Notes: generated by a model not told the origin, from the letters alone. 64,000 bases of DNA from Dehalococcoidia bacterium (GCA_030612025.1 JAUWOR010000008.1:29849-93848), one strand, 5' to 3'. Shown: positions 46,829-59,660, numbered from the stretch's first letter. Translations and numbers: made by a program.

Positions 46829-47593
46829 ATGGAGATTGACTTATTATGCGACCTAATTCTGCAGGCTAAAAAGATTGTAGTTTTCACCGGCGCCGGTGTG
46901 AGCACTGAATCAGGGATACCAGATTTCCGCAGCCCAGGAGGAATCTGGGACAAATATGACCCCGATGAGTTCACCATTCAAAAGTTTCTCAGCAGTGCAG
47001 AAGCTCGCAGAAAACACTGGAAGATGCTCAGTGAAAGCAGCCTTATTACAGAAACCAAGCCAAATCCCGCCCATTACGCTATCGCCGAGCTTGATAGATT
47101 AGGTAAGCTGGATTGCGTCATCACTCAAAATGTGGATAACCTCCATCAAAAGGCAGGAGTACCTGAGAACAAGGTGTTTGAGCTTCACGGTAATATGAAA
47201 TGGACGATATGCTTAAGCTGCCACCAACGCTTTCTTACGGAAGAGCTATTACAAAGAATAAAGCAAGAAACCGATGTCCTTGCTTGCCCCAACTGTCAGG
47301 GCATTTTGAAACCAGATGTCGTTCTATTCGGTGAGGCACTACCCGAGAAAACATTGACAAAGGCCACTCGCCGCTCACAGAACTGTGACCTTCTAATCAT
47401 TATAGGCTCTACGCTCGTTATTTATCCCGCGGCTTATATACCAATGTATGCCAAAAATGCCGGAGCTAAGCTAGCTATTATTAACCTTAGCACCACTCCC
47501 CTTGACCATTATGCTACGTTAGTCATTCACGGCAAAGCTGGCGAAATAATGTCAAGGGTCATAGAAAAGGTTAAACTTTCCCAGCTAAAGTGA
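46829..47593 (+). CDS. cobB: Sir2 family NAD-dependent deacylase
   Basis: TGAGVSTESGIPDFRS, ITQNVDNLH, ELHG, CxxC...CxxC, KPDVVLFGE. Confidence 0.95.
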   Translation: MEIDLLCDLILQAKKIVVFTGAGVSTESGIPDFRSPGGIWDKYDPDEFTIQKFLSSAEARRKHWKMLSESSLITETKPNPAHYAIAELDRLGKLDCVITQNVDNLHQKAGVPENKVFELHGNMKWTICLSCHQRFLTEELLQRIKQETDVLACPNCQGILKPDVVLFGEALPEKTLTKATRRSQNCDLLIIIGSTLVIYPAAYIPMYAKNAGAKLAIINLSTTPLDHYATLVIHGKAGEIMSRVIEKVKLSQLK

Positions 47594-47675
47594 ATAGGCA
47601 CCTCACTAGTCTCAAGGCAAAGTTACCGCCAGTAATATAGTCGTTGTTTCACCCTATGGAGGTCGATTTCCATGC

Positions 47676-48443
47676 CTAGGTTACTGTTTTTCGAATACGC
47701 TTAATGTCCACCGCCTTACCAGTATCTTCATTCACTTCGATCAAGATGGCATTGAAGTCAACAATCCCCTTCCCCACTGACAAACGTCCAGGTATTTGGG
47801 AGAGAAAACGATTAATTACATTGTTCGCATCATCACCAATGATCGAGTCCATAGGACCAACCATGCCTATATCAGTAACATAAGCGGTACCTCTGGGCAA
47901 TATACGAGCATCAATAGTACCTACATGAGTATGTGTGCCGAGCACGGCACTAACTCGACCATCGAGATACCAACCCATTGCCACTTTCTCCGAAGTTGCC
48001 TCGGCATGAAAGTCAACAATGATAACATTTGTTTTATCTTTAAACTCAGCTAACAATTTGTCCATAGCTCGAAAGGGGCAATCGAAATTGCCAATGAAAG
48101 TGCGCCCCATAAGATTAACAACTAAAACATTGTCCCGGAACCAATAGCCACGGCCGCGAGACGCTGGAGGGTAGTTCAGTGGGCGGAGAATAGACGAATT
48201 ACCATCCAGATAAGGGAGAAGCTCCTTATGGGCCCAGATGTGATTGCCCGAAGTAATTACATCGATGCTTGAATCAAAAAGCTCCTGTGCTGTGTTTGGA
48301 GTTAACCCTATACCACCGGCAGCATTCTCACCGTTGCCTATTACCAAATCAAGCTCATATTCACGATGCAAGCTTGGTAGCAATTTCCTCACAGCGTTTC
48401 TACCAGGCTTGCCAATAATGTCGCCTATTACTAATATCTTCAG
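47676..48443 (-). CDS. ymdB: YmdB-family (TIGR00282) metallophosphoesterase, CTG start
   Basis: in-frame KILVIGDIIGKPGR upstream of the tracked ORF; NGEN, T.GNH, DFHAEATSEK, GTHTH. Confidence 0.9.
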   Translation of the reverse strand: MKILVIGDIIGKPGRNAVRKLLPSLHREYELDLVIGNGENAAGGIGLTPNTAQELFDSSIDVITSGNHIWAHKELLPYLDGNSSILRPLNYPPASRGRGYWFRDNVLVVNLMGRTFIGNFDCPFRAMDKLLAEFKDKTNVIIVDFHAEATSEKVAMGWYLDGRVSAVLGTHTHVGTIDARILPRGTAYVTDIGMVGPMDSIIGDDANNVINRFLSQIPGRLSVGKGIVDFNAILIEVNEDTGKAVDIKRIRKTVT

Positions 48444-48487
48444 TTTGCTTCGTCCCCTCGCAATGACATTGCTTTGCCCAAACCATC

Positions 48488-50011
48488 TTACTTAGCATAG
48501 TCTACGGCTACGGTCTCTCGCAGCACTATTACTTTTATTTGACCAGGGTAAGTCAGGCTTTCTTCTATTTTCTTAGAAATGTCCCGAACCAGCCTAATAG
48601 CTGTCAAATCATCAATTTCCTCAGGTTTCACCAAAACACGTACTTCCCGCCCAGCCTGAATAGCAAAGGCTTTCTCGACCCCAGGGAAACTACTAGCTAT
48701 ATCCTCCAATTCCTCAATCCGCTTTAGATATTGCTGCAAAGACTCACGTCTAGCACCAGGACGTGAACCACTTATAGCATCGGCAGCAGCAACAATAAAG
48801 CCCATAACACTGGATGTTGAAGCTTCGCCATGATGCTCAGCAACAGCTTGAGTTACTTCAGCAGATTTATCCCACTGTTTAACCAAATCAGCACCTATCA
48901 AGGCGTGAGAACCCCCCACTTCATAACTCACCGCCTTCCCAATATCGTGAAGCAATCCCGCCCTTCTAGCTACACCGGCATCGGCCCCAATTTCATCAGC
49001 CAGCATACCAGCTAGATGGGAAACCTCGAGGCTATGAAGTAAAACATTCTGCCCATAACTAGTACGGAATTTAAGCTGACCAAGTAACTTGATCAATTCC
49101 GGATGTAACCCTGGTACTCCACCCTCATAAGCAGCCCGTTCACCCTCATTGCGGATTATAACTTCAACTTCAGTCTTAGATTTTTCCACCACCTCCTCAA
49201 TCCGAGCCGGATGAATACGCCCATCAAGGATAAGCCTATTCAGAGCAATGCGAGCTATCTCACGCCTTACTGGGTCAAAGCTAGAAATGGTAACTGTTTC
49301 CGGAGTATCATCAATAATAAGGTCAACGCCAGTAGCTTGCTCCAAAGCTCGGATATTACGCCCCTCTCGACCAATAAGCCGCCCCTTCATCTCATCGCTG
49401 GGTAAGGAAATGGTAGATACCATGGTCTCAGAAACAACATCGGTGGTGCACCTCTGGATAGCCGTGGCTAAAACGCGTTGAACTTCTCTATCAGCTTCTT
49501 CCTTTACTTGGGCTTCCCATATTCGAACCTGCCGTGAGGCTTCCTCTTTAACTTCCTGCTCTAGAGCCTGGAGCAGAGAACGCTTTGCTTCATCGCTAGA
49601 TATGCCAGCCAGGGACTCAAGTTTCGCCAGCTGCTCTTTCCTTATCCGCTCGAGCTCAACCTTTGTCCTTTCGATGCCCTTTGCTCTATTATCTAGGTCG
49701 CGCTCACGCCGTTCTAAGGAATCTAATTTTCGCCCTAACGCTTCCTCTTTCTGGTCGAGGCGCCTTTCTAAGCGCTGTGACTGAAGGCGATGCTCCCTAC
49801 TCTCCGCCTCAGCAGCATTCCTAACCTTGGTGGCTTCCTCTTTAGCCTCAAGAAGAACTTCCTTATGCTTAGCTGTTGCTTCATCTAATAATCTCCGCGC
49901 TTCCTTTTTGGCACTTCGAATCTGCTGATTGGCTACCATCTGCCTGGCAAGGTAACCAACAAGGCCACCTAAAACAAGAGCAAGGCCAACTAAGATATAT
50001 ACATAATCCAT
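48488..50011 (-). CDS. rny: ribonuclease Y
   Basis: N-terminal TM, coiled coil, KH ([13 protein letters not shown]), HD (LLHDIGK). Confidence 0.97.
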   Translation of the reverse strand: MDYVYILVGLALVLGGLVGYLARQMVANQQIRSAKKEARRLLDEATAKHKEVLLEAKEEATKVRNAAEAESREHRLQSQRLERRLDQKEEALGRKLDSLERRERDLDNRAKGIERTKVELERIRKEQLAKLESLAGISSDEAKRSLLQALEQEVKEEASRQVRIWEAQVKEEADREVQRVLATAIQRCTTDVVSETMVSTISLPSDEMKGRLIGREGRNIRALEQATGVDLIIDDTPETVTISSFDPVRREIARIALNRLILDGRIHPARIEEVVEKSKTEVEVIIRNEGERAAYEGGVPGLHPELIKLLGQLKFRTSYGQNVLLHSLEVSHLAGMLADEIGADAGVARRAGLLHDIGKAVSYEVGGSHALIGADLVKQWDKSAEVTQAVAEHHGEASTSSVMGFIVAAADAISGSRPGARRESLQQYLKRIEELEDIASSFPGVEKAFAIQAGREVRVLVKPEEIDDLTAIRLVRDISKKIEESLTYPGQIKVIVLRETVAVDYAK

Positions 50012-50307
50012 CTTCCCTCTTTATTCCATTAAAGCAATGCATATAATTCATTAGGACTTAATATTAATCTTTTTGCGAATTGGAGTCAACCTTTACGTGA
50101 TTTCGACTAAGCCTAATATAGAGGAGAAGTACGATAAAGATAAATTAGGAAACAAAAAAGATAAAGCGCTACAGCAACTTATAATACTAAGAGCAACACT
50201 TTTAACAACTGAATAGTGGAAGGAAGGAAACACTTAAAAGCTTACAGTAGACTTTTAGTCTACCAACCGACCTAGGAATCATAAGACTATCGTCTTTCGA
50301 CTCCTTA

Positions 50308-51822
<1,515 letters not shown>

Positions 51823-51871
51823 AAACCTTCCTTCCACTATTCAATTGTTAAAGTGCACACTTACTTATTAT

Positions 51872-51899
51872 ATTATAAAGTATCTTGCCAACTTGTCAA
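51872..51899 (-). promoter_or_regulatory. rRNA promoter
   Basis: TTGACA-16 bp-TATAAT followed by boxA-like GCACTTTAACAA. Confidence 0.85.
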
Positions 51900-52051
51900 G
51901 GGCAGCAATAACTGCTTTTGTTCTCTTCCTAGTCAAGGACAAGTTTTTGATTTTTAGCCTTATTTCAAAGGTTCGCTAGCCCGTTTCCCAATCCGTCCTC
52001 AGTTATCCTTCTCTCTTTTACCTGGTTATTCTCACTACTGAATTTAAATTG

Positions 52052-52432
52052 CTATACCAAATCCTTGCCGCTGGGAACAACCCTATCAGGATGCTCACGA
52101 TCAAATGGTGGCCCATAAATCGAGAGCCTAACTCCCTTAACAGGCATAAAGAAGCCATGCTGCACTCCCACTGGACAGTAAACAAGGTCGCCAGTTTTCA
52201 CCTCAAATTCCTTGTCTCCAATATAAGCCCAACCCTCCCCTTGAAGTACATAAAGGAACTCGTCGTGCTCCCTATGCTCATGGATAAAGGGCTCCGTCTG
52301 AGGTTGCGCCTGCACCACAAGGGCAGTACAGTACTTGCCATCCACTAAAAAGGTGCGGGTCAGCTTGCGGTCATCGGGAATAGGGTTGTTCTTTACTACT
52401 TCAGCTATGTTCCATACGTATTGTTGTTCCAT
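52052..52432 (-). CDS. cupin domain protein
   Basis: H.H..HDEFLYVLQGEG...GDLVYCP.GV.H; AGGAG SD. Confidence 0.88.
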   Translation of the reverse strand: MEQQYVWNIAEVVKNNPIPDDRKLTRTFLVDGKYCTALVVQAQPQTEPFIHEHREHDEFLYVLQGEGWAYIGDKEFEVKTGDLVYCPVGVQHGFFMPVKGVRLSIYGPPFDREHPDRVVPSGKDLV

Positions 52433-52680
52433 CCTCTCGACTCCTTTCCTAAGGCTTAAGCTTAAAACAACTTTATACCCTCCCCTAAATGATAACAAGG
52501 GCGTCATACCATTGCAAAATATGATTTACCTTGGCGCTATTGTTCTGGTTCTTTTTTATTTTCCACCTCCTTATGACTTGAAAGAGAATAATGTGTCCCT
52601 GCTATATAAACGAGTACATAGGCTAGCCTAGCCAGGAAAATAATGATAGAATATGGAAAATTTTTTAGTAGCAGGTATTT

Positions 52681-53631
52681 ATGTCAGCTATTGAACAAAA
52701 AGAGCTAAATGTAGATTCAATTAGTGAAGGCAAACTTACCTGGGTCTATATTGAAAAACCCTCCGACAACGAAGTTAAATTTCTAAGGCAGCATTTTACC
52801 TTCCACCCTCTCAACCTAGATGATGTCCTGAGCCGCATACAACGCCCTAAAATCGATGAATATGAAGACCACCTGTTTATAGTCCTTCATTTCCCGGTAT
52901 TTGACAGGGAAAATCGCATAACGCGGCCCAGTGAGGTAGATATTTTTATTGGGGAGAACTATGTCGTTACTGTACATTGTTCTGCTGACCTCAAGCCATT
53001 AGCCAAATTCTTCCGTGAATGTCAAATTCATGAGAAAAGTCGCCAGACCTACCTAGGGAGAAGCTCTGCGTTCCTCTTCTACCACATCCTTGATAGATTG
53101 GTCAATTATTGCTTTCCTATCCTTGGTAAGATTACAGAAAGTATTGACGACATAGAGGATGTTATCTTCACTAAAGCTGTCCCTGAAACAGTGCGCCAAA
53201 TTTCCCTGATTCGGCGTGACCTCATTTCCTTCCGCCGCGTTATTCGCCCCCAGATTGCCGTAATTGAGACGCTAGAGGGAGAAGAATACCCCTTTTTTAA
53301 GGAAGAGCAGGAAGTTTATTTCGGCGATATTGCTGACCATACTCGCAAGATTTGGGATGGGCTTGAAGACTGTAAGGAGGTCGTTGATGGACTTGCTGAG
53401 ACTAGCAATTGGCTAACCTCACACCGAATTCAGGAGATAATGCGGGTATTAACTATTATCATGGCAATTCTGGCACCGCCTACCTTACTGTCTGGCATTT
53501 TCGGTATGAATATCCCTTTACCGGGAGGGATAGAATCTGGCAGGCTCTTACCCCTCGGTATACTGCTTTCAGTTATGGCACTCGTGGGCGCAGGCATGTT
53601 TGCTTACCTACGCCACCGGAAATGGATTTAA
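52681..53631 (+). CDS. corA: CorA family Mg2+ transporter
   Basis: QRPKIDEY, YFGDI.DH, GIFGMN. Confidence 0.95.
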   Translation: MSAIEQKELNVDSISEGKLTWVYIEKPSDNEVKFLRQHFTFHPLNLDDVLSRIQRPKIDEYEDHLFIVLHFPVFDRENRITRPSEVDIFIGENYVVTVHCSADLKPLAKFFRECQIHEKSRQTYLGRSSAFLFYHILDRLVNYCFPILGKITESIDDIEDVIFTKAVPETVRQISLIRRDLISFRRVIRPQIAVIETLEGEEYPFFKEEQEVYFGDIADHTRKIWDGLEDCKEVVDGLAETSNWLTSHRIQEIMRVLTIIMAILAPPTLLSGIFGMNIPLPGGIESGRLLPLGILLSVMALVGAGMFAYLRHRKWI

Positions 53632-53686
53632 CCTTTATAATAGCCACTGCTAAATTAAGCTGCTCTTGCTTTCCACAAGGTCAGCC

Positions 53687-54163
53687 ATGCAAATCAAATT
53701 TATTGCTGATAGCAATGTTGGCAAGTTAGCCAGATGGCTAAGGATGATTGGCTATGACACCTTGCTGTTCAAAGAAAAGGATGATAGCAAATTGATTAAA
53801 ATTGCCCTTAAGGAGGGAAGAGTTATCTTGACCAAAGACACCCAGATTATGAAAAGACGCCTAATTACAAATGGCGAGCTCAAGGCAATATTTATCAAGC
53901 ATGATGACCCTAAAGCCCAATTACAGCAAACGGTGAAAACCTTGAAACTAGACTATTATTTCAAACCCTTTTCTCTTTGTCTTGAATGCAATCAAGCACT
54001 CATACCTCGCAGCAAAGACGAGGTGCAAAGCTTGGTTCCATCCTATGTCTTTAAAACACAAAAACAATATACCGAATGCCCTTCATGTCATCGCATCTAC
54101 TGGCAAGGCACACACTGGCAAGCAATGGTTAAGGAATTAGAGAATCTTGCAAATGGAAGGTGA
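53687..54163 (+). CDS. Mut7-C RNase domain protein
   Basis: FIAD..VGKLARWLR..GYD, LTKD, CxxCN...CxxC.RIYWQGTHW. Confidence 0.9.
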   Translation: MQIKFIADSNVGKLARWLRMIGYDTLLFKEKDDSKLIKIALKEGRVILTKDTQIMKRRLITNGELKAIFIKHDDPKAQLQQTVKTLKLDYYFKPFSLCLECNQALIPRSKDEVQSLVPSYVFKTQKQYTECPSCHRIYWQGTHWQAMVKELENLANGR

Positions 54164-54275
54164 TGGCCTCAATATATTAACCCGAGTTCCGCAATGGTGG
54201 CGGGGACTAAATCGAAATGGTTGGCAATTCAAGGACTAAGGCTGTAAACTGGTAATTAGCACAGGTGAATTAGCT

Positions 54276-55049
54276 ATGTTATTAGCTATTGATATTGGAA
54301 ACACTGCGATCATCGTGGGTATATTTGACGATGATAAGTTAAAGGCAACTTGGCGATTAGCCACCGAAATTCACCGCCTGGCAGATGAATATGGTGCTCT
54401 ATTACTTACCCTTCTCCAACGCCAAAGGCTGCCATCTTCAAAGATCACCGGAGCAGCTTTATGTAGCGTTGTCCCGCCACTGGTACCCATCTTTCAAGAA
54501 GTATGTCAAAGATATTTCAGTACTTCCCCCCTGATAGTTGAAACCGGCATAAAAACGGGAGTACGCATCTGTGTAGATAACCCTCGGGAGCTTGGACCTG
54601 ATCGTGTGGTGAATGCTGTTGCCGCTCATCACCTTTATGGAGAGCCAGTAATAGTCCTCGACCTCGGCACGGCAACCACCTTTGATGTCATCTCCAAGGA
54701 AGGCAATTATCTTGGCGGAGCTATTGCCCCAGGAATCGGCATAGCCAGTGAGGCATTGTTCACTCGCACTGCTATGCTTCCCCGAATAAAACTAACTCGC
54801 CCCAAGCAAGCTATTGGCAAGAACACCATCTCCGCCATGCAATCAGGCATAATCTTCGGTTACATCGGGCTTATTGAAAGCATGATCCAGAGGATAGAGC
54901 AGGAACTGGGAAGCAAAGCAAAAGTAGTAGCCACCGGCGGCTATGCCTATCCTTTAGCCAAAGAAATACCAGCAGTAGAAATAATAAATCCCGATTTGCC
55001 CTTAATTGGGTTGCGTCTTGTTTATGAAATGAATAAGATTGAGCAGTAG
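54276..55049 (+). CDS. coaX: type III pantothenate kinase
   Basis: LAIDIGNT, SVVP, G.DR, DLGTATT, GGAI.PG, ATGG. Confidence 0.95.
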   Translation: MLLAIDIGNTAIIVGIFDDDKLKATWRLATEIHRLADEYGALLLTLLQRQRLPSSKITGAALCSVVPPLVPIFQEVCQRYFSTSPLIVETGIKTGVRICVDNPRELGPDRVVNAVAAHHLYGEPVIVLDLGTATTFDVISKEGNYLGGAIAPGIGIASEALFTRTAMLPRIKLTRPKQAIGKNTISAMQSGIIFGYIGLIESMIQRIEQELGSKAKVVATGGYAYPLAKEIPAVEIINPDLPLIGLRLVYEMNKIEQ

Positions 55050-55062
55050 CTGAGGAGACATC

Positions 55063-56259
55063 ATGCTGAAAGGAAAAACTATCATCTTAGGGGTAACAGG
55101 AAGCATTGCTGCTTATAAAGCAGTGGACATTGCTAGCCAGCTAACCCAGGCGGGGGCAAAGGTGGATGTAATCATGACTAAAGCAGCCACTGAGTTTGTC
55201 ACCCCCCTCACATTTCGAGCCATTACAGGTAGGCCTGTAGCTACTAAAATGTTTGACCTGGACATAGAGTTCAACGTTGAGCACGTATCACTAGCAGAAG
55301 CTGCTAGTGTGATAGTCATTGCTCCGGCTACAGCTAACATTATTGCCAAGCTGGCTGCTGGCATCGCTGATGACATGCTATGCTGTACCGTGCTGGCGAG
55401 TAAAGCACCTGTAATTGTGGCGCCAGCCATGGATATCAATATGTATGAAAATCCTATCACCCAAGATAACTTAACTAAATTGAAAGCACGTAACTTTATT
55501 ATTGTGGAACCAGCCTCAGGCAGACTGGCTTCAGGCAAGGAAGGTTTAGGAAGACTCGCTGATACCAATGATATTATAGGAATCACCTGCCAAGTACTAG
55601 GAAGGGGAGGAGACCTGGCTGATAAAGGCATCGTGGTCACCGTCGGTGGCACTCAAGAGCCTATCGATCCCATTCGCTGTATCACCAACCGCTCTTCGGG
55701 AAAGATGGGATATGCCCTAGCTGAAGCAGCTCGCGACAGAGGAGCTAAAGTAACGCTAATTACAGCACCCACTTCGCTCACTAAGCCCATTGGCATGGAA
55801 ATAGTCAATGTCTGCACTGCTCAAGAGATGTATCAAGCAGTAAGAAACGTTGTCCCTCAAGCTGATGCTCTAATAATGGCCGCTGCTGTGGCTGATTACC
55901 GCCCTCTAAGTGTAGCCAGAGACAAGATCAAGAAAGAAGGCAATCGCTTGACATTGGAGCTAGAGCGCACTCCAGATATCTTAGGTAGTATAAAAGGAGA
56001 GTTCATTAGAGTGGGCTTTGCTGCTGAAAGCAGCAACCTGGTAGAAAACGCTAAACAGAAACTCCAACAAAAGGAGCTCGACCTCATCGTGGCTAATGAC
56101 ATTAGCAGCTTCGGTGCTGACAACAATCGGGTAACCATAATTGACCGAGAAGGTAAGATTGATAGCTTGCCCCTTTTACCTAAAAGAGAGGTAGCTGACA
56201 AAATCTTGGATAAGGTAGCTGCATTACTCGCCACGAAGCCTAAGACCAGACATAGCTAG
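55063..56259 (+). CDS. coaBC: bifunctional PPC decarboxylase/synthetase
   Basis: GVTGSIAAYKA, APATAN, PAM..NM, GGT.EPIDP.R.ITNRSSGKMG, AAVADY, GFAAE. Confidence 0.96.
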   Translation: MLKGKTIILGVTGSIAAYKAVDIASQLTQAGAKVDVIMTKAATEFVTPLTFRAITGRPVATKMFDLDIEFNVEHVSLAEAASVIVIAPATANIIAKLAAGIADDMLCCTVLASKAPVIVAPAMDINMYENPITQDNLTKLKARNFIIVEPASGRLASGKEGLGRLADTNDIIGITCQVLGRGGDLADKGIVVTVGGTQEPIDPIRCITNRSSGKMGYALAEAARDRGAKVTLITAPTSLTKPIGMEIVNVCTAQEMYQAVRNVVPQADALIMAAAVADYRPLSVARDKIKKEGNRLTLELERTPDILGSIKGEFIRVGFAAESSNLVENAKQKLQQKELDLIVANDISSFGADNNRVTIIDREGKIDSLPLLPKREVADKILDKVAALLATKPKTRHS

Positions 56260-56262
56260 AAG

Positions 56263-58971
56263 ATGTCAAATCAGATTCCTAAAGCCTACGAGCCAGGCAA
56301 GATAGAGAGGAAGTGGTATAACTTCTGGCTTGAGCAAGGCTACTTTACCCCTAAAATAGACCCCAGCAAGAAACCTTTCGTTGTTATTATGCCGCCACCC
56401 AATGTCACCGGCGAACTCCATTTGGGGCATGCCCTGACTGATACACTAGAGGACATTATAATTAGGTGGCACCGCATGAAGGGAGAGCCCACCCTGTGGC
56501 TGCCTGGGACTGACCACGCTGGCATTGCCACACAAGTGGTTGTAGAGCAGGAGCTGGCTAAACAAGGGCTGAGCAAGAATGCTATCGGTAGGGAAAAATT
56601 TCTAAAAGTAATTTGGGAGTGGGCAAATAAGAGTCGGAGGAATATTAACTCTCAGCACCAGATGTTGGGGACTTCCTGTGATTGGACGCGGGACCATTTC
56701 ACCTTAGATGAAGGTCCGAGCAGAGCCGTCCGCACTGCCTTTGTCCGCCTCTATAACAAAGGATTGATCTATCGAGGAGAACGAATAATAAACTGGTGCC
56801 CACGTTGCCAGACCGCTCTTTCCGACCTCGAGGTAGATTACAAGAGTATTACCGGACACCTCTATTATGTCCGCTACCCTCTGACAGCTGATAGCTCTCA
56901 GCTGACATCTCTCAGATTTGTCACCGTAGCTACTACCCGCCCCGAAACGCTTCTTGGTGACACCGCTGTAGCGGTAAATCCCAAAGATAAGCGCTACCAG
57001 AATTTGGTGGGAAAAGACGTCATCCTTCCTCTTGTAAATAAAAAAATACCCGTCATCGCTGATGATGCTGTTGACCCCTTCTTTGGCACCGGGGTGTTAA
57101 AGATAACTCCAGCTCATGACCCTACAGATTTTGAAGTAGCTGAACGGCATAACCTGCCGTTGGTAAATATTATGAACCTCGACGCTACTATGAACGAAAA
57201 TGCTGGACCTTATGTAAACCTGGAACGCTTCGTTTGCCGCGACAAAGTAGTGGCTGACCTAAAAGATAAAGGATTATTGGAGAAAATCGAGCCCTACCCC
57301 CATTCAGTAGGGCACTGTAACCGCTGCCAAACGATGATCGAACCTAAAGCCAGCCAGCAATGGTTTATTCGCACCAGACCTCTGGCCGAAGCAGCTATTA
57401 AAGCTGTTAAAGAGGGTGATATCACCATAATTCCAGAGCGCTTCACCAAAGTATACTTTGACTGGATGGAAAATATCCGGGATTGGTGCATCAGCCGACA
57501 ACTATGGTGGGGACACCGCATCCCGGTATGGCACTGCCAAGACTGCAGCAAGCTAACCGCATCGGTAGATGAGCCTTTAGCATGTGAGCATTGCGGCTCA
57601 AATCAAATTGTCCAAGACCCCGATGTCCTTGATACCTGGTTTAGCTCAGGGTTATGGACGCACTCCACATTAGGCTGGCCAGATGATACCGATGACCTTC
57701 GTTATTTCTATCCCACCTCGGTAATGGAAACTGGCTATGACATCCTTTTCTTCTGGGTCGCTAGAATGATCATGATGGGGCTGGAAGATACTGGTGAAAT
57801 TCCCTTCCATACCGTTTACCTCCATGGCTTGCTTCGAGACGAAAATGGAGAGAAAATGAGTAAGCTAAGAGGGAATGTCATTAACCCCGCTGAAGCTATA
57901 AGTGAATACGGTGTTGATGCTCTTCGCTTCGCCCTGATCATCGCTAGCTCTCCCGGGAACGATATAAACCTGGGCCAAGGGAGACTGAAATCCAGCCGCA
58001 ATTTCGCCAATAAATTATGGAATGCCACCCGATTCATCTTCCAGAGTATAGATGCCGAAATGCTAAAAGGCCACACCTTACAAGTAGATGTCATTGCGAG
58101 CGAAGCGAAGCAAACTCAAGGATCACGGAGGGTGGAAGATCGCTGGATTCACAGCCAGCTCAACCGCCTTATCATCAATGTTACCAAACTGATGGAAGAC
58201 TTCCAATTTGGCGAAGCAGAGCAGCAAATCCACGATTTCATCTGGTCAGAATTCTGTGATTGGTATATTGAATTTGCCAAGATACGCCTTGGCAACCAAT
58301 CACCTCCCTCACCTTTACCTTTCTTGGTAAACACCCTGGAAATATCGCTCCGCCTCCTGCACCCATTTATGCCTTTCATTACCGAGGAACTTTGGCAAAG
58401 CTTAAAGCAGCGGCTACCCAATAAAAGCCAAATGCCAGCTTCCATAATGATAGCTCCATATCCTACCTCTAATGAGAAAGCCATCGACCCCGAAGCAGAA
58501 CAGGCTATGGATGCCGTGATAGAGATTATCCGCTCCATCCGTAATGCTCGCTCCCAATATAAAGTAGCACCGGCTAAATGGATTAAGGCTCAGGTCTATG
58601 CAGATGATCACTTGCCTTATATCACTTCTCAAGCCAAAGCTATAGAAACATTGGCTCGAGCCCACCCCTTAGCTATTCTCAATCGACAAGAAAGGAAAGC
58701 TGGTAAAGAAAAGGCACTCATTCTAGTTTTGAAAGAAGCCGAGGTGCTTTTGCCCTGGACAGGCATGATAGATCAGCTTGCTGAAAAGAAGCGCTTAATA
58801 AAGGAAAAAAAAATAACCCAAGCCAGGATTGCTCAACTTAATACACGGTTAAGGGATAATGCTTTTCTGACCAAAGCACCACCGCATATCGTGGAAAAGG
58901 AAAAACAGAAACTTTACCTGCTTAAAGACAAATTGCAAAGATTAAAATCAGAACTATCTCAGCTCGATTAA
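56263..58971 (+). CDS. valS: valine--tRNA ligase
   Basis: PPPNVTG.LHLGH, ATTRPET, DWCISRQLWWGH, KMSK. Confidence 0.97.
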   Translation: MSNQIPKAYEPGKIERKWYNFWLEQGYFTPKIDPSKKPFVVIMPPPNVTGELHLGHALTDTLEDIIIRWHRMKGEPTLWLPGTDHAGIATQVVVEQELAKQGLSKNAIGREKFLKVIWEWANKSRRNINSQHQMLGTSCDWTRDHFTLDEGPSRAVRTAFVRLYNKGLIYRGERIINWCPRCQTALSDLEVDYKSITGHLYYVRYPLTADSSQLTSLRFVTVATTRPETLLGDTAVAVNPKDKRYQNLVGKDVILPLVNKKIPVIADDAVDPFFGTGVLKITPAHDPTDFEVAERHNLPLVNIMNLDATMNENAGPYVNLERFVCRDKVVADLKDKGLLEKIEPYPHSVGHCNRCQTMIEPKASQQWFIRTRPLAEAAIKAVKEGDITIIPERFTKVYFDWMENIRDWCISRQLWWGHRIPVWHCQDCSKLTASVDEPLACEHCGSNQIVQDPDVLDTWFSSGLWTHSTLGWPDDTDDLRYFYPTSVMETGYDILFFWVARMIMMGLEDTGEIPFHTVYLHGLLRDENGEKMSKLRGNVINPAEAISEYGVDALRFALIIASSPGNDINLGQGRLKSSRNFANKLWNATRFIFQSIDAEMLKGHTLQVDVIASEAKQTQGSRRVEDRWIHSQLNRLIINVTKLMEDFQFGEAEQQIHDFIWSEFCDWYIEFAKIRLGNQSPPSPLPFLVNTLEISLRLLHPFMPFITEELWQSLKQRLPNKSQMPASIMIAPYPTSNEKAIDPEAEQAMDAVIEIIRSIRNARSQYKVAPAKWIKAQVYADDHLPYITSQAKAIETLARAHPLAILNRQERKAGKEKALILVLKEAEVLLPWTGMIDQLAEKKRLIKEKKITQARIAQLNTRLRDNAFLTKAPPHIVEKEKQKLYLLKDKLQRLKSELSQLD

Positions 58972-59660
58972 GAAACTTTGCGGTTTTTTAGCCCCATATA
59001 ATAGTGTAGCTTCACTAAGGCTTTTTGGGTATCACTGGCAACACAGGATTTGTCACTTCTCTTTAGACGCTGCTTAAATAACCAATAGGTAAATTCATTA
59101 ACCTCAGTCAAACTCATAGACTTACGCTTAGGATAATGTTTCTCCTTCCTGAAGCGAGCAACCAACTCCTGTTGAGTGGCACCGTAGATGCGTCGATACG
59201 CCTCGTCAATTACCCCTCCATCCTTGACCAAGCCCAAAGCCCGCTTTCTTTTGCGGACTTCTTCAGCTATAGCTAAAAGCAAAATTTGCTCCACAAGGAC
59301 ACCATAAAGATAGTTGAGATAAGCTAGATACTTGGCCTTACCAACCAATTCTCTAAATTCTTCTTTAGTCAATTCTATTGGTGGCCGGTCAAAGAAAAGG
59401 AGAGGAATTAGTTCATTCTCCGGGATAAGCCCATCAACTTCTTCACATAACCGCTCCGCCAGAACCAGCCAATCAAAAGCTTCATTGTCAATGAGATACC
59501 GATAGTGCCGTCCCTTGTAATCTTCCTCAGGACTAGTCCACAATCTGATGGCTTCAAGCAAGGCTAAATACCAATGCTTGCCAGCGGCAATAGCCTCTTT
59601 TAAATGTTTAATTGCCTGGGTATCGCCGGCACTGGAGGACATCATACTCACCCCTAACAC
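58968..59660 (-). CDS. conserved hypothetical protein
   Basis: long ORF co-oriented with the polX operon; no recognised motif. Confidence 0.7.
   Translation of the reverse strand: MLGVSMMSSSAGDTQAIKHLKEAIAAGKHWYLALLEAIRLWTSPEEDYKGRHYRYLIDNEAFDWLVLAERLCEEVDGLIPENELIPLLFFDRPPIELTKEEFRELVGKAKYLAYLNYLYGVLVEQILLLAIAEEVRKRKRALGLVKDGGVIDEAYRRIYGATQQELVARFRKEKHYPKRKSMSLTEVNEFTYWLFKQRLKRSDKSCVASDTQKALVKLHYYMGLKNRKVS

Noticed and set aside
54175-54270. Possible leader RNA before coaX
   Set aside because: One short hairpin only; no known riboswitch consensus
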